Positions 25,398 to 34,979 of a stretch of 64,000 nt of DNA are shown one piece after another (positions within the stretch are counted from its first letter, which is position 1; the number at the start of each line of letters is the position of its first letter). Origin of the DNA: Acidobacteriota bacterium. GTDB lineage: Bacteria > Acidobacteriota > Polarisedimenticolia > Polarisedimenticolales > JAIQFR01. The notes beneath the pieces were generated by a model. It was given only the letters and a program-made list of their open reading frames with translations, was not told where the DNA came from and did not search any database. Location: the NCBI GenBank assembly GCA_041494445.1, contig JBGQAU010000005.1, positions 4,030 to 68,029 of the forward strand, read 5' to 3'. A program made the translations under genes and the position numbers.

Positions 25398-26612
25398 ATG
25401 CCCCAACCCAAGCGCCTCTCACGACGAGCCCTTGAGATGCCCGCCTCCCCGATCCGCCGCCTCGCTCCGTTCGCTACGGAGGCACGCAAGGCCGGCAAGA
25501 CGATCTACCCGCTCAACATCGGCCAGCCCGACATCCCCACCCCGAAGGAGATCCTGGACCGCCTCCGGAGCTTCGGCGAGCGCAACGTCGCGTACGGCCC
25601 CTCCCAGGGGTTGCCGGAGTTCATCGAGACGCTGCGCGGCTACTACGCGCGGGTCGGCCTTTCCGTCGCCGCCGAGGAGATCTTCGTGACGACCGGCGGG
25701 AGCGAGGCGATCCTGTTCGTCCTGGCCGCGCTCGCGGACGACGGCGACGACGTTCTGGTCTTCGAGCCCTTTTACACGAACTACAGCGGCTTCGCCGCGC
25801 TGATCGGCGTCAGGCTCGTCCCGGTCACGACCCGGGCCGAGGACGGCTACCATCTCCCCTCGCGGAGCGAGATCGAAGCGAAGATCGGGCCGAAGACCCG
25901 CGCGATCCTCATCTGCTCCCCCAACAACCCCACCGGCACCGTCTATACCGACGAGGAAATGGATCTCCTGGGCGCGATCTGCCGCGATCGAGACCTCCAC
26001 CTGATCTCCGACGAGGTCTACCGGGAATTCGCGTACGATGGGCGGAAGCAGCGGTCGGTGCTCACCTTGGAGGGGCTCGAAGACCGCGCCGTCATGGTGG
26101 ACAGCCTGTCGAAGCGCGTGTCGCTGTGCGGCATGAGGATCGGGAACATCGTCAGCCGGAACCGCGACCTCATGGCCGCGGTGCTGAAGTTCGGCCAGGC
26201 GCGGCTGTGCCCGCCCACCGTCGGCCAGTTCGCGGCGTGCGCGCTGGGGAGCGTCCCTCCGTCCTACATCGAAGGGGTGATCCGGGAGTACCAGCGACGG
26301 CGCGACGTGGTCTACGCCGCGCTCGCGAAAGCACCCGGCGTGACCGTGCGGAAGCCGGAAGGGGCGTTCTACCTCTGCGTCAGGCTGCCGGTCGACAACG
26401 CGGAGCGCTTCGCGATCTACATGCTCCGCGACTTCGCGATGGACGGCGAGACGGTGATGGTCGCTCCCGCCGACGGCTTCTACGCGACGCCCGGCCTGGG
26501 CCGGGACGAGGTGCGGATCGCGTACGTACTCGAGGAGGCCAAGCTGGTCCGCGCGATGGCGATCTTGACCTCGGCGCTCGGGGCCTACCCGGGCAAGACC
26601 GTGATGGTTTAG
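25398..26612 (+). CDS. PLP-dependent aminotransferase, class I (aspartate/aromatic type)
   Basis: GGGAGGAG RBS, ATG 25398: ...IYPLNIGQPDIPTP..., NPTGTVY, SLSKRVSLCGMRIG (PLP lysine). Confidence 0.88.
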   Translation: MPQPKRLSRRALEMPASPIRRLAPFATEARKAGKTIYPLNIGQPDIPTPKEILDRLRSFGERNVAYGPSQGLPEFIETLRGYYARVGLSVAAEEIFVTTGGSEAILFVLAALADDGDDVLVFEPFYTNYSGFAALIGVRLVPVTTRAEDGYHLPSRSEIEAKIGPKTRAILICSPNNPTGTVYTDEEMDLLGAICRDRDLHLISDEVYREFAYDGRKQRSVLTLEGLEDRAVMVDSLSKRVSLCGMRIGNIVSRNRDLMAAVLKFGQARLCPPTVGQFAACALGSVPPSYIEGVIREYQRRRDVVYAALAKAPGVTVRKPEGAFYLCVRLPVDNAERFAIYMLRDFAMDGETVMVAPADGFYATPGLGRDEVRIAYVLEEAKLVRAMAILTSALGAYPGKTVMV

Positions 26613-26717
26613 GAGGTCGGCGAACTGGCGGCGGGTTGTCCCCAACGCCTGATTCCGGTACAATCAGGACTCATTTGGGTCGGAATTGACCGCTCCCTGC
26701 GCGGCCGGAGGGAACCG

Positions 26718-27551
26718 ATGCACTCCGTGCTCTCACGCGACGAGCTCTCGCCCAACGTCGTGCGGCTCGTCGTCGAGGCTCCCCGGATCGCGGAGATCCG
26801 CCATCCCGGCCAGTTCGTGATCGTGCGCCGGGCGCCGGGCTGCGAGAGGATTCCCCTAACGATCGCCGACGCGGACGCATCGGCGGGGACCATCACGCTG
26901 GTGATCCAGGCGGTGGGCAAGAGCACCACCGAGCTCACGGCCTTGCGGCAGGGGGACTCGATCCGCGATGTCGCGGGACCCCTCGGGCACACCACCGAGC
27001 TGCTCGAGTCGGGCCGGGCGGTCTGCGTCGGCGGCGGCGTCGGGACGGCGGTCGTGTACCCGATCGCCCAGGAGCTGAACCGGCGCGGGGTGCGCGTCAC
27101 CAGCGTGATCGGCGGCCGCTCCCGCGAGTGGGTGATCTACGAGCAGGAGCTGCGCGGGCAGGGCGAGGTCGTCGTGTGCACCGACGACGGAAGCTACGGG
27201 CGCCCCGGCTTCGTGACGGAGGCGCTCAAGGACGTCCTCGCGTCCGGCGGGGTCGATGCGGTGTACGCCGTGGGTCCGGTCCCGATGATGCGCGCGGTCG
27301 TGGAGATCACCCGGCCTCTTAGGGTCCGCACGATCGTGTCGCTGAATCCGATCATGGTGGATGGGACCGGGATGTGCGGCGGCTGCCGCGTGACGGTCGG
27401 CGGCGAGACGAAGTACGCCTGTGTCGACGGCCCTGAGTTCGACGGTCACCTGGTGAACTTCGACGAGCTCAAGGATCGGCTGACCACGTACAGGGAATTC
27501 GAGCAGGCCGCGCTCGCCAGCCTGGAACACGAGTGCAAGATCGGGCGGTGA
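26718..27551 (+). CDS. NfnA-like / PyrK-like FAD-NAD(P) oxidoreductase subunit with 2Fe-2S site
   Basis: 277 aa. FAD/NAD-binding fold (RIPLTIAD, VCVGGGVGTAVVYP) and C-terminal MCGGCRV...CVDGPEF cluster motif. Immediately upstream of the GltD-like subunit. Confidence 0.8.
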   Translation: MHSVLSRDELSPNVVRLVVEAPRIAEIRHPGQFVIVRRAPGCERIPLTIADADASAGTITLVIQAVGKSTTELTALRQGDSIRDVAGPLGHTTELLESGRAVCVGGGVGTAVVYPIAQELNRRGVRVTSVIGGRSREWVIYEQELRGQGEVVVCTDDGSYGRPGFVTEALKDVLASGGVDAVYAVGPVPMMRAVVEITRPLRVRTIVSLNPIMVDGTGMCGGCRVTVGGETKYACVDGPEFDGHLVNFDELKDRLTTYREFEQAALASLEHECKIGR

Positions 27552-27579
27552 GGCGTCGCCGATCCGGGAGGCCAGGGAA

Positions 27580-29013
27580 ATGTCCGAACCCCGACCGTTG
27601 ACCCCGAAGGAGCGGATGGCCATCGAGCGTCAGAAGATGGTCGAGCAGGACCCCTCCGCGCGTACCAAGAACTTCGACGAGGTCAACCTGGGCTATCCCG
27701 AGCAGCTCGCGATGCTCGAGGCGCGGCGGTGCCTGCAGTGCAAGACCGCCAAGTGCATCGAGGGGTGCCCCGTCGCCGTGGACATTCCGACGTTCATCCG
27801 GCACCTGTCCGAGGGAAACCTGCCGGCCGCCGCGGAGATCCTCCTCAAGGACAACTCCCTGCCCGCGGTCACCGGTAGGGTCTGCCCCCAGGAGACCCAG
27901 TGCGAGGCCGTGTGCATCCGCGGGAACAAGAGCACGCCGGTCGCCGTCGGCTACCTCGAGCGCTTCGTCGCGGATTGGGCGCTGTCCCGCAAGGACGGGG
28001 TGCCCTTCCGCGAGGCTCCGAGGAGCGGCAAGAAGGTCGCCGTGGTCGGGTCCGGCCCCGGGGGGCTCACGGCGGCGGGAGAGTTGATCCAGCACGGCCA
28101 CGACGTGACCGTCTTCGAGGCGTTCCACGCGCCGGGGGGCGTGCTCATCTACGGGATCCCCGAGTTCCGCCTGCCGAAGGACCTCGTGCAGAAGGAGGTC
28201 GACCGGCTGGTCCGGCACGGCGTCAAGATCGAGTTCAACTCCATCGTCGGCAAGACCTACACCCTGCCGGACTTGAGAGCGCGCTTCGACGCGGTGTTCA
28301 TCGCCGTCGGGGCCGGCCTTCCGGTGTTCATGAACGTGCCCGGCGAGAACTACAAGGGCGTCTACTCCGCCAACGAGTACCTGACCCGCGTGAACCTCAT
28401 GGGCGCGTGGGCGTCCGGCGCGGCGACGCCGGTGCTCAAGGGAAAGCGCGTCGCGGTCGTGGGCGGCGGCAACGTGGCCATGGATTCGGTCCGGACCTCG
28501 AAGCGACTCGGCGCCGACGAGTCGATCATCGTCTACCGCCGCAGCCGCGTCGAGATGCCCGCCCGCGTCGAGGAGGTCCACCACGCGGAGGAGGAGGGGA
28601 TCCGGTTCGACCTCCTCGTCGCGCCGGTCGAGGTGCTCGGCAACGAGCAGGGGTGGGTCTCGGGGCTCAAGTGCGTCCGGATGGAGCTGGGCGAGCCGGA
28701 CGCGTCCGGGCGACGCCGGCCCGTCCCGATCGCCGGATCCGAGTACGTCATCCCCTGCGACATCGTCGTCGTCGCCATCGGGACCCGGGCGAACCCGCTG
28801 CTCACGGCCACCTGCCCCGAGCTCAAGCTGAACCGATGGGGATACATCGAGGTGGACGCCAACGGCATGACGAACCTTCCCGGCGTGTTCGCGGGGGGGG
28901 ACATCGTGCGCGGCGCCGCGACCGTCATCCTCGCGATGGGGGACGGCAAGACCGCGGCCAAGGCGATCGGAGCGTACCTCGCGGGGGAGCAGCAGCTCCC
29001 GGTCGTGTCCTAG
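27580..29013 (+). CDS. NfnB-like / glutamate synthase small-chain-type NADPH oxidoreductase (2x[4Fe-4S], FAD)
   Basis: CLQCKTAKCIEGCPV...CPQETQCEAVC, VAVVGSGPGGLTAA, VVGGGNVAMD, VFAGGD. Confidence 0.85.
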   Translation: MSEPRPLTPKERMAIERQKMVEQDPSARTKNFDEVNLGYPEQLAMLEARRCLQCKTAKCIEGCPVAVDIPTFIRHLSEGNLPAAAEILLKDNSLPAVTGRVCPQETQCEAVCIRGNKSTPVAVGYLERFVADWALSRKDGVPFREAPRSGKKVAVVGSGPGGLTAAGELIQHGHDVTVFEAFHAPGGVLIYGIPEFRLPKDLVQKEVDRLVRHGVKIEFNSIVGKTYTLPDLRARFDAVFIAVGAGLPVFMNVPGENYKGVYSANEYLTRVNLMGAWASGAATPVLKGKRVAVVGGGNVAMDSVRTSKRLGADESIIVYRRSRVEMPARVEEVHHAEEEGIRFDLLVAPVEVLGNEQGWVSGLKCVRMELGEPDASGRRRPVPIAGSEYVIPCDIVVVAIGTRANPLLTATCPELKLNRWGYIEVDANGMTNLPGVFAGGDIVRGAATVILAMGDGKTAAKAIGAYLAGEQQLPVVS

Positions 29014-30044
29014 GAGCGGGCGCCGATCGCCTCGTCGAGCGCCGCGATCACCCGCTCCGCGCCGATCTCCCGCATGCAGCGGAAGTGACCGAGCGGGCAG
29101 ACCCGCGGCCCGTGCCGGTCGCACGGCCGGCACGCGAGGGCGGGGTGCTCGACGATCCGATGCGCCTCGCCGAACGGGGTGTAGCCGAACGAGGGGACCG
29201 TCGGTCCGAAGATCGCGACCACGGGAGTCCCGACGGCGCCGGCCAGGTGACCCGCACCGCTGTCGTTGGACACCAGGGCGCGCGCGCGGGCCAGCACGGC
29301 GGCTAGCTCCGGGATCCGGCACCTCCCCGCGAGGTTCGCCGCGCGCGCTCCGGCGGCCTCGGCAACTTCCTCGCAGAGCGCGCGCTCCGCCGCCGACCCC
29401 ACCAGGACCGGCGCCAGGCCGCGTGAGGCGGCCGCGCGGACGACCGCGGCAAAGCCTTCGGGCAGCCAGCGCTTGGTCCCCCAGATCGACCCCGGCGCGA
29501 CCGCGAGAACCGGCTCCCCCTCCCCGATGCCCGCCTCCGCGAGCAGCGCGCGTGCCCGCTCGCGGGCCTCGGGGACGACGCGGATCTCGGGGCGCGGGTC
29601 CGCCGCGCGAGGGTCGCCTCCCGCCGGAAGCGCCAGAGCGAGGTAGCGCCGGACGGCGTGGTCCGAGGGAGTCCACGGGACCCGCTCCGTGTAGGCGAAG
29701 CGCCCCGGCGCGCCGGCGAAACCGATCCTGAGGCCCGCCCCGCTCAGGAGCACGATGAGGCCGGTCCTCGCCGAGCGCTGAGCGGCGACGGCCACGTCCG
29801 GCCGGCCCGCGCGCACGCGCCGCACAACGCCCGCCAGGCCGAGCGGCCCGCGGTCCCCTCCCCTCTTGTCGAGGATCTCGATCGCGTCCACCGACGGATG
29901 GCCCGCGAGCGTTTCGGCACCGACCGGCGTCGTCACCACGGTGAGCGGCGCGGACGGCCTCGCGCGACGCAGCTCCCGGAGGAGCGGGGTCGTGAGGACC
30001 ACGTCGCCGAGAAACGCGGTCTGGACGACGACCGTGCCGGCCAT
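29010..30044 (-). CDS. Glycosyltransferase family 9 (ADP-heptose:LPS heptosyltransferase-like)
   Basis: From ATG 30044: MAGTVVVQTAFLGDVVLTTPLLRELR...APGSIWGTKRWLPEGF...NDSGAGHLAGAVGTP...CRPC. Stop codon overlaps the convergent nfnB-like stop. Confidence 0.8.
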   Translation of the reverse strand: MAGTVVVQTAFLGDVVLTTPLLRELRRARPSAPLTVVTTPVGAETLAGHPSVDAIEILDKRGGDRGPLGLAGVVRRVRAGRPDVAVAAQRSARTGLIVLLSGAGLRIGFAGAPGRFAYTERVPWTPSDHAVRRYLALALPAGGDPRAADPRPEIRVVPEARERARALLAEAGIGEGEPVLAVAPGSIWGTKRWLPEGFAAVVRAAASRGLAPVLVGSAAERALCEEVAEAAGARAANLAGRCRIPELAAVLARARALVSNDSGAGHLAGAVGTPVVAIFGPTVPSFGYTPFGEAHRIVEHPALACRPCDRHGPRVCPLGHFRCMREIGAERVIAALDEAIGARS

Positions 30045-31009
30045 CAGTCTTGGGCGGCGCGCCGCTGCCGCTCGAGAGCGATCGCCGCCGAGAGCAGCGG
30101 AACGTTGATCTCGTGATGGCCGACGAGCGCGAACGCCCGCCCCTTTCCCGCCGTCGGGCGCCGGAGCACGTTCTCCTCGGTGCGGTAGTGCCGGATCATG
30201 TCCAGGTTCGCGGTGGCGAGCCCGGAAACGTCGTGCCCGAGGTTCTCGGCGACCGAGAGCGCCTTGAGGAACACCTCCGGAAGCTGGACCGCCGAGCCGC
30301 AGTTGATCCAGACCCCGCCCTGAAGCCGGCCGACGAGCGTGACCAGCCGCCTGAAATCGGTGTACGTTGCGGCCCCGATCGCGGCCCCGTCGGCGCTGGG
30401 ATGCTGGTGCACGATGTCGCTTCCGATCGCGACGTGGACCGTCGCGGGCACCCCCATCTCCCAGGCGCGGCCGAGGAGGCTCCTGTCGCGGAACGGGCGG
30501 CCGGATTCCACGATCCTCCGTCCGAGGGTCTCGCCGAGACCGTCGCCCCGCGAGGCCGCCTCGGACGCGGCCTCGTTGAGCTCGCGCCCGGTCTCCTCGG
30601 CCATTCCGAACCGGCCGAGGTGGAGTCCCGCCGCGACGTCCTCGGAGGTGGCCCCGATGGCCGCCACCTCCCAGTCGTGGATCGCCCCGGCGCCGTTCAA
30701 GGCCAGCGACGTCAGCGCCCCGTCCTCCATCATCTGGATCATCACGGGGGAGAGGCCGACCTTCACCACGTGCGCCCCGACGGCCCACGCCACCGGGCGC
30801 TGGTGCGCGAGGGCGTCGGCGATCGCGGCGGCGAGGTCGCGCAGCGTCCGGACGGCCAGCACGTCACTCAAACCGCCGAGGAACGCCTCGAGAGAGCCCG
30901 CCGGGTCCACGCGAGCCGCGAACTCCGAGACGGCCACCTTGTTCCGCCGCTCCGCGAGCGGGTACGTGTGCACCTTCGACAGATCGGCCGGGGGAACGCG
31001 ATCACGCAT
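30044..31009 (-). CDS. Hypothetical protein, possibly deoxyhypusine-synthase-like fold
   Basis: GGGAGG RBS, ATG 31009. VGAHVVKVGL..., VHVAIGSDIVHQHP, WINCGSAVQLPE, LVGHHEINVPLL. Only a weak recollected resemblance to the DHS family. 1-nt TGATG overlap with the heptosyltransferase start. Confidence 0.45.
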   Translation of the reverse strand: MRDRVPPADLSKVHTYPLAERRNKVAVSEFAARVDPAGSLEAFLGGLSDVLAVRTLRDLAAAIADALAHQRPVAWAVGAHVVKVGLSPVMIQMMEDGALTSLALNGAGAIHDWEVAAIGATSEDVAAGLHLGRFGMAEETGRELNEAASEAASRGDGLGETLGRRIVESGRPFRDRSLLGRAWEMGVPATVHVAIGSDIVHQHPSADGAAIGAATYTDFRRLVTLVGRLQGGVWINCGSAVQLPEVFLKALSVAENLGHDVSGLATANLDMIRHYRTEENVLRRPTAGKGRAFALVGHHEINVPLLSAAIALERQRRAAQD

Positions 31010-31118
31010 CGGAACCTCCCAGGCTGAAGAATAGCCCCGCTCCTGCGAAAACCCAAGGCGAGGTGCGCGGGTGGCCAGGGGCTTGCAGCGGCGACACGGA
31101 GCCTCTACGCTTCGCGTG

Positions 31119-32213
31119 ATGAGCGTCGCGGAGAACCCGATTGGGGTCCTGTTGCTGAACGTGGGCACGCCGGACGCGCCCGAGACGCGCGAGGTGCGTC
31201 GCTACATCGTGGAGTTCCTCTCCGACCCGCGCGTCCTGGACATGAACCCCGTCGCCCGGTTCCTGCTGCTCCGTCTGGTGATTCTTCCCTTCCGTCCCGC
31301 GCGCTCCGCCGAGGCGTATCGGAAGATCTGGACGGCGGGCGGCTTTCCCCTGCTCGTTCACGGCACCGCGCTTCGCGATGGGCTCGCCGCCAGGCTCGGC
31401 CTGAAGTATGTGGTAGCGCTGGCCATGCGATACGGCAAGCCTTCCCTCGCCGCAGCCATGGAGGATCTTCGCGCGCGCGGATGCGAGCGAATCGTGGTCT
31501 TCCCGCTTTTCCCGCACTACGCCTCCGCCACGACCGGATCCGCCCTCGAGGCGGTGGAGCGGTACACCTCACGCACGCGGAACGCGCCGCCGCTGTCCGT
31601 GGTGCCTCCGTTCTACGCGGATCCGGGGTTCATCGAGGCGTTCGCGAGAAACACGCGCGCGGTCCTCGACGAGGCGCCTTCCGACCACGTGCTTTTCAGC
31701 TTCCACGGTCTCCCGGAGCGTCAGGTCCTGAAAGCCGATACGTCCGGTCGGCACTGCCTCAGGAGCGAGAGCTGCTGCGACGCGATCGGACCCGCGAACC
31801 GGGACTGCTACCGCGCCCAGTGCTTCGAGACCGCGCGGCTGCTGTCCCGCGCGCTCGGTCTCAAGAAAGACGCCTGGTCCCTCGCCTTCCAGTCCCGCCT
31901 GGGCCGGGTTCCTTGGATCGAGCCCGCGACCGACCAGGTGGTCCCGGAGCTCGGCCGAAGTCGGGTCCAGAACCTCCTGGTGGTCTGCCCGGCGTTCGTC
32001 GCGGACTGCCTGGAGACGCTGGAGGAGATCGGGCTCCGCGCGGCGGAGAGCTTTCGAGCAGCGGGAGGTGGGACCCTGCGCCTCGTCCCATCCCTCAATG
32101 CCACGGAGGCGTGGGTGGAGGCCGCCGAGCGGCTGGTGCGCCGCGCCGCCGGATGCGCCCTGTTTGCAGACTCGGGACCGATGTGGAATACTGACCATAG
32201 AGGACTAAAGTAG
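31119..32213 (+). CDS. hemH: Ferrochelatase
   Basis: IGVLLLNVGTPDAPETREVRRYIVEFLSDPRVL..., VVFPLFPHYASATTGS, FSFHGLPE, CPAFVADCLETLEEI. Confidence 0.88.
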   Translation: MSVAENPIGVLLLNVGTPDAPETREVRRYIVEFLSDPRVLDMNPVARFLLLRLVILPFRPARSAEAYRKIWTAGGFPLLVHGTALRDGLAARLGLKYVVALAMRYGKPSLAAAMEDLRARGCERIVVFPLFPHYASATTGSALEAVERYTSRTRNAPPLSVVPPFYADPGFIEAFARNTRAVLDEAPSDHVLFSFHGLPERQVLKADTSGRHCLRSESCCDAIGPANRDCYRAQCFETARLLSRALGLKKDAWSLAFQSRLGRVPWIEPATDQVVPELGRSRVQNLLVVCPAFVADCLETLEEIGLRAAESFRAAGGGTLRLVPSLNATEAWVEAAERLVRRAAGCALFADSGPMWNTDHRGLK

Positions 32214-32271
32214 TCCCCTATCACGACCCGTCGAAGCGCCCATCGGCGCTTACGACGGTCAGGAGGTCCGA

Positions 32272-32892
32272 ATGCGAGTCCGACCCATCCTGCTAGTGCT
32301 CCTCGTCGCGGCGCTCGCCTTCGCGACCCCCGCAGTCCGCGCGGCGGATACCTTCAACGTGGATTCCGCCCACAGCAACATCGGCTTCTCGATCCGCCAC
32401 CTGATCTCCCGCGTGACCGGCCGCTTCACAGACTTCGGCGGAACTGTCGATCTCGATACCGCCGACCCGACCCGGTCCAGCGTCCGGTTCACGATCAAGA
32501 CGACCAGCATCGACACCGCTGAGCCGAAGCGCGACACCCACCTGAAATCTCCCGACTTCTTCGACGCGGCCAGGTACCCCGAGATGACCTTCATGAGCAC
32601 GAAGATCGCGAAGGCCGGCGGGAGCACTTACCAGGTCACCGGCAGGTTCAGTCTCCACGGCGTCACGAAGGAGATCACCATCCCCGTCGAGGTCCTCGGG
32701 ACGGCGAAGGACCCCTGGGGGAACGAGCGAGCCGGGTTCTCGACGTCGTTCACTCTCGACCGGAAGGACTACGGGATCGTCTGGAACAAGGTGCTCGACG
32801 CGGGCGGGACTTTCGTCGGCGACGAGGTCTCCGCCACGATCAATATCGAGGCGATCAAGGCGAAGCCCGCGGCGCCTCCCGCCGCCAAGTGA
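32272..32892 (+). CDS. yceI: YceI-family periplasmic protein
   Basis: Signal peptide, FNVDSAHSNIGFSIRHLISRVTGRF..., RDTHLKSPDFFDAARYPEMTF, HGVTKEITIPV. Confidence 0.85.
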   Translation: MRVRPILLVLLVAALAFATPAVRAADTFNVDSAHSNIGFSIRHLISRVTGRFTDFGGTVDLDTADPTRSSVRFTIKTTSIDTAEPKRDTHLKSPDFFDAARYPEMTFMSTKIAKAGGSTYQVTGRFSLHGVTKEITIPVEVLGTAKDPWGNERAGFSTSFTLDRKDYGIVWNKVLDAGGTFVGDEVSATINIEAIKAKPAAPPAAK

Positions 32893-32909
32893 TCCCGGCC
32901 CCCCGAGCC

Positions 32910-33092
32910 TCAGGGCGCTCGTAGCGGGAACGGGAACATCAGGTAGGAGAAGGCCAGCGCGCCGAGAACCATCGCGGCCCAGATCACGGCCGCGAGGCGC
33001 GCGCGAGCGGCCGGGCTCCGGCGGGACAGCACGGTAAAGAACAGGGACACCAGGGTCGAGTACAGCAGCAAGTGCAGGAAGTGGCTCCGCAT
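32910..33092 (-). CDS. Small membrane protein (60 aa)
   Basis: MRSHFLHLLLYSTLVSLFFTVLS...AVIWAAMVLGALAFSYLMFPF, two hydrophobic helices. 1-nt TGATG overlap with the upstream gene. Confidence 0.4.
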   Translation of the reverse strand: MRSHFLHLLLYSTLVSLFFTVLSRRSPAARARLAAVIWAAMVLGALAFSYLMFPFPLRAP

Positions 33093-33586
33093 CAGCTCTT
33101 CCTCCCCCGCGCGATGTCCCAGACGTCGAACAGAAGAAGGAGATTCATGAGTCCGGCCGTCCAGAGGTACGCGGTGCCGTACGCCGAGACCCCTGAGCGC
33201 GAGCGCTCCCGGAAGATCCGGACGGCTCTCGACTCGAAGGAAGCCGCCACCGCGTCGTCCGGGACGGCGTACGCAGCGTCGCCGTACACCGCGAGGCGCG
33301 CCAGGAGGTCCGCGGGACCCGCTCCCGCGTTTGCCACGACCTGAAGCGTGGTCAGGAACGCCTGGCGGCCGTCCCGGAGGGCGAGCCGGCCGTCGTGAGC
33401 CATCCCCAGCGCAAAGCAACCCATCACGATCGCGGTGAACAACAGGCCGCGCCGCACGTGGCCGAGCACCGCGTGTCCGAGGCCGGGGAGCACCCAGCCG
33501 GCCAGGAGCGCGGATGCGGTCCGCGCCACGCTCGCGGTGCTCCGACCCGGTTCGGGAGCCGGCTCCGGTCCGCCGTCCTTCGCCAT
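33092..33586 (-). CDS. Membrane protein of unknown function (164 aa)
   Basis: Three predicted helices (LLAGWVLPGLGHAVLG, GLLFTAIVMGCFALGMA, AYLWTAGLMNLLLLF). Starts 8 nt after the rplI stop. Confidence 0.5.
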   Translation of the reverse strand: MAKDGGPEPAPEPGRSTASVARTASALLAGWVLPGLGHAVLGHVRRGLLFTAIVMGCFALGMAHDGRLALRDGRQAFLTTLQVVANAGAGPADLLARLAVYGDAAYAVPDDAVAASFESRAVRIFRERSRSGVSAYGTAYLWTAGLMNLLLLFDVWDIARGRKS

Positions 33587-33593
33587 CGCGCTT

Positions 33594-34043
33594 CTACTCG
33601 GCCTCCGCGACGACCTGCACGCTGACCTTCGCCGTGACCTGCCGGTGGATCTTCACGGGGACCTCGAACGCACCGAGAGACTTGATGGGCTCGTCGAGCT
33701 GGATCTTCCGGCGATCCACTTCGATCCCTTTGGCGGCGAGGAGGTCGGCGATCTCGGAACTCGTCACCGATCCGTACAGCGCGTCGTTCTCCCCCGCCTT
33801 TTTCGTGACGACGATCCGCACGCTCTCGAGCCGCCTGGCGAACGACCGGGCGTCCTCGACCTCCTGCGCTTCCCGCGCGATCCACACTCGCTTCTGCAGC
33901 TCGAAGCTGCGGAGGTTTCCCGGCGTCGCCTCCATCGCGAGCTTCTTCGGCAACAGGTAGTTCCTCGCGAAGCCGAGAGACACGCTCACGATCTGTCCCC
34001 GCTCCCCGAGGTGCTCGACGTCCTGGCACAGCACGACCTTCAC
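33594..34043 (-). CDS. rplI: 50S ribosomal protein L9
   Basis: MKVVLCQDVEHLGERGQIVSVSLGFARNYLLPKKLA... Confidence 0.92.
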   Translation of the reverse strand: MKVVLCQDVEHLGERGQIVSVSLGFARNYLLPKKLAMEATPGNLRSFELQKRVWIAREAQEVEDARSFARRLESVRIVVTKKAGENDALYGSVTSSEIADLLAAKGIEVDRRKIQLDEPIKSLGAFEVPVKIHRQVTAKVSVQVVAEAE

Positions 34044-34062
34044 GGGGTCCTCCTCCTTGATC

Positions 34063-34362
34063 CTAGTCGCTCGTGAAGGGCAGAAGCGCGATGTTGCGCG
34101 CGCGCTTGATCGCCCGCATCAGCTGGCGCTGGTGCTTGGAGCACGTTCCGGAGATCCTGCGAGGAAGAATCTTCGCGCGCTCCGGGACGTAGTTCTGAAG
34201 GGTTCGGAGGTCCTTGTGGTCGATCCACGCGGCCTTCTCCTCGCAGAACTTGCAGTACTTCCGGCGGCGGAACAGGAACCGGCGCCGACCGCCGCTTCGC
34301 GGCTGGCGCCCTCGGCCCCCGCCCTCGCCTCCCATCCGGGATCCATCCCTCATCTCGCCCAT
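34063..34362 (-). CDS. rpsR: 30S ribosomal protein S18
   Basis: ...[64 protein letters not shown]. Confidence 0.92.
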   Translation of the reverse strand: MGEMRDGSRMGGEGGGRGRQPRSGGRRRFLFRRRKYCKFCEEKAAWIDHKDLRTLQNYVPERAKILPRRISGTCSKHQRQLMRAIKRARNIALLPFTSD

Positions 34363-34397
34363 GTCATCGCTCTCCCGCGTTCACCCTGAGTTCCCGA

Positions 34398-34886
34398 TCA
34401 GCCTCGGTCGTCGCCCTGCTCGTCGGGCTCGACCGACGGGTCCGTCTTCTCTTCGTCGCCGCCGGCGTCCGCCTCGAGGACGGGCGCCCCCGCGATGACC
34501 TCGCCCGCGGCCTCGGCCGCCACCCGGGCGGCTTCCGCCTCGACGCGGGCCGCCGCGTCCCGAACCGCTTGTTCCTTCGCCGCGACCGCCCAATCCTCCT
34601 CGAGCCGGACCGTCAGGTGCCGGAGCACCTTGTCCGAGATCCGGAGGCGGCGCTCCAGCTCCCTGGGGAGCGTCTCGTCGGCGTCGTACAGGAAACGGGT
34701 GTACACCCCGTCCTCGAACTTCTTGATCGGATACGCCAGCCGGCGTCGCCCGAGCCGCTCGTTGGCCACCATGACGCCGCGATCGGCCACGATCTGCGCC
34801 AGGGGCGCGACCGACGCTCGCTCCTCGTCCTCGCTCAGGGTGGGAAGGGTGATGAAGAGAGTCTCGTACGTGGGCACGAATCGCAC
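34398..34886 (-). CDS. rpsF: 30S ribosomal protein S6 (with acidic C-terminal extension)
   Basis: YETLFITLPTLSEDE...ANERLGRRRLAYPIKKFEDGVYTRFLY. No ssb between rpsF and rpsR. Confidence 0.92.
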   Translation of the reverse strand: MRFVPTYETLFITLPTLSEDEERASVAPLAQIVADRGVMVANERLGRRRLAYPIKKFEDGVYTRFLYDADETLPRELERRLRISDKVLRHLTVRLEEDWAVAAKEQAVRDAAARVEAEAARVAAEAAGEVIAGAPVLEADAGGDEEKTDPSVEPDEQGDDRG

Positions 34887-34979
34887 CTCCTCACGGCGTT
34901 CCGCCCCCGGTCGCTCGCCGGGAGCAAGGGGTGCCGGACTTCCGGGCTCGCACGTTCGCGAACCCGCAAAAAAAGGAGT

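Noticed and set aside
32230-32256. 11-bp bulged hairpin (GTCGAAGCGCC-catc-GGCGCTTaCGAC) between hemH and yceI as a terminator
   Set aside because: No U-run follows it and it runs straight into the yceI RBS. It could be an attenuator or a stability element. Not called.
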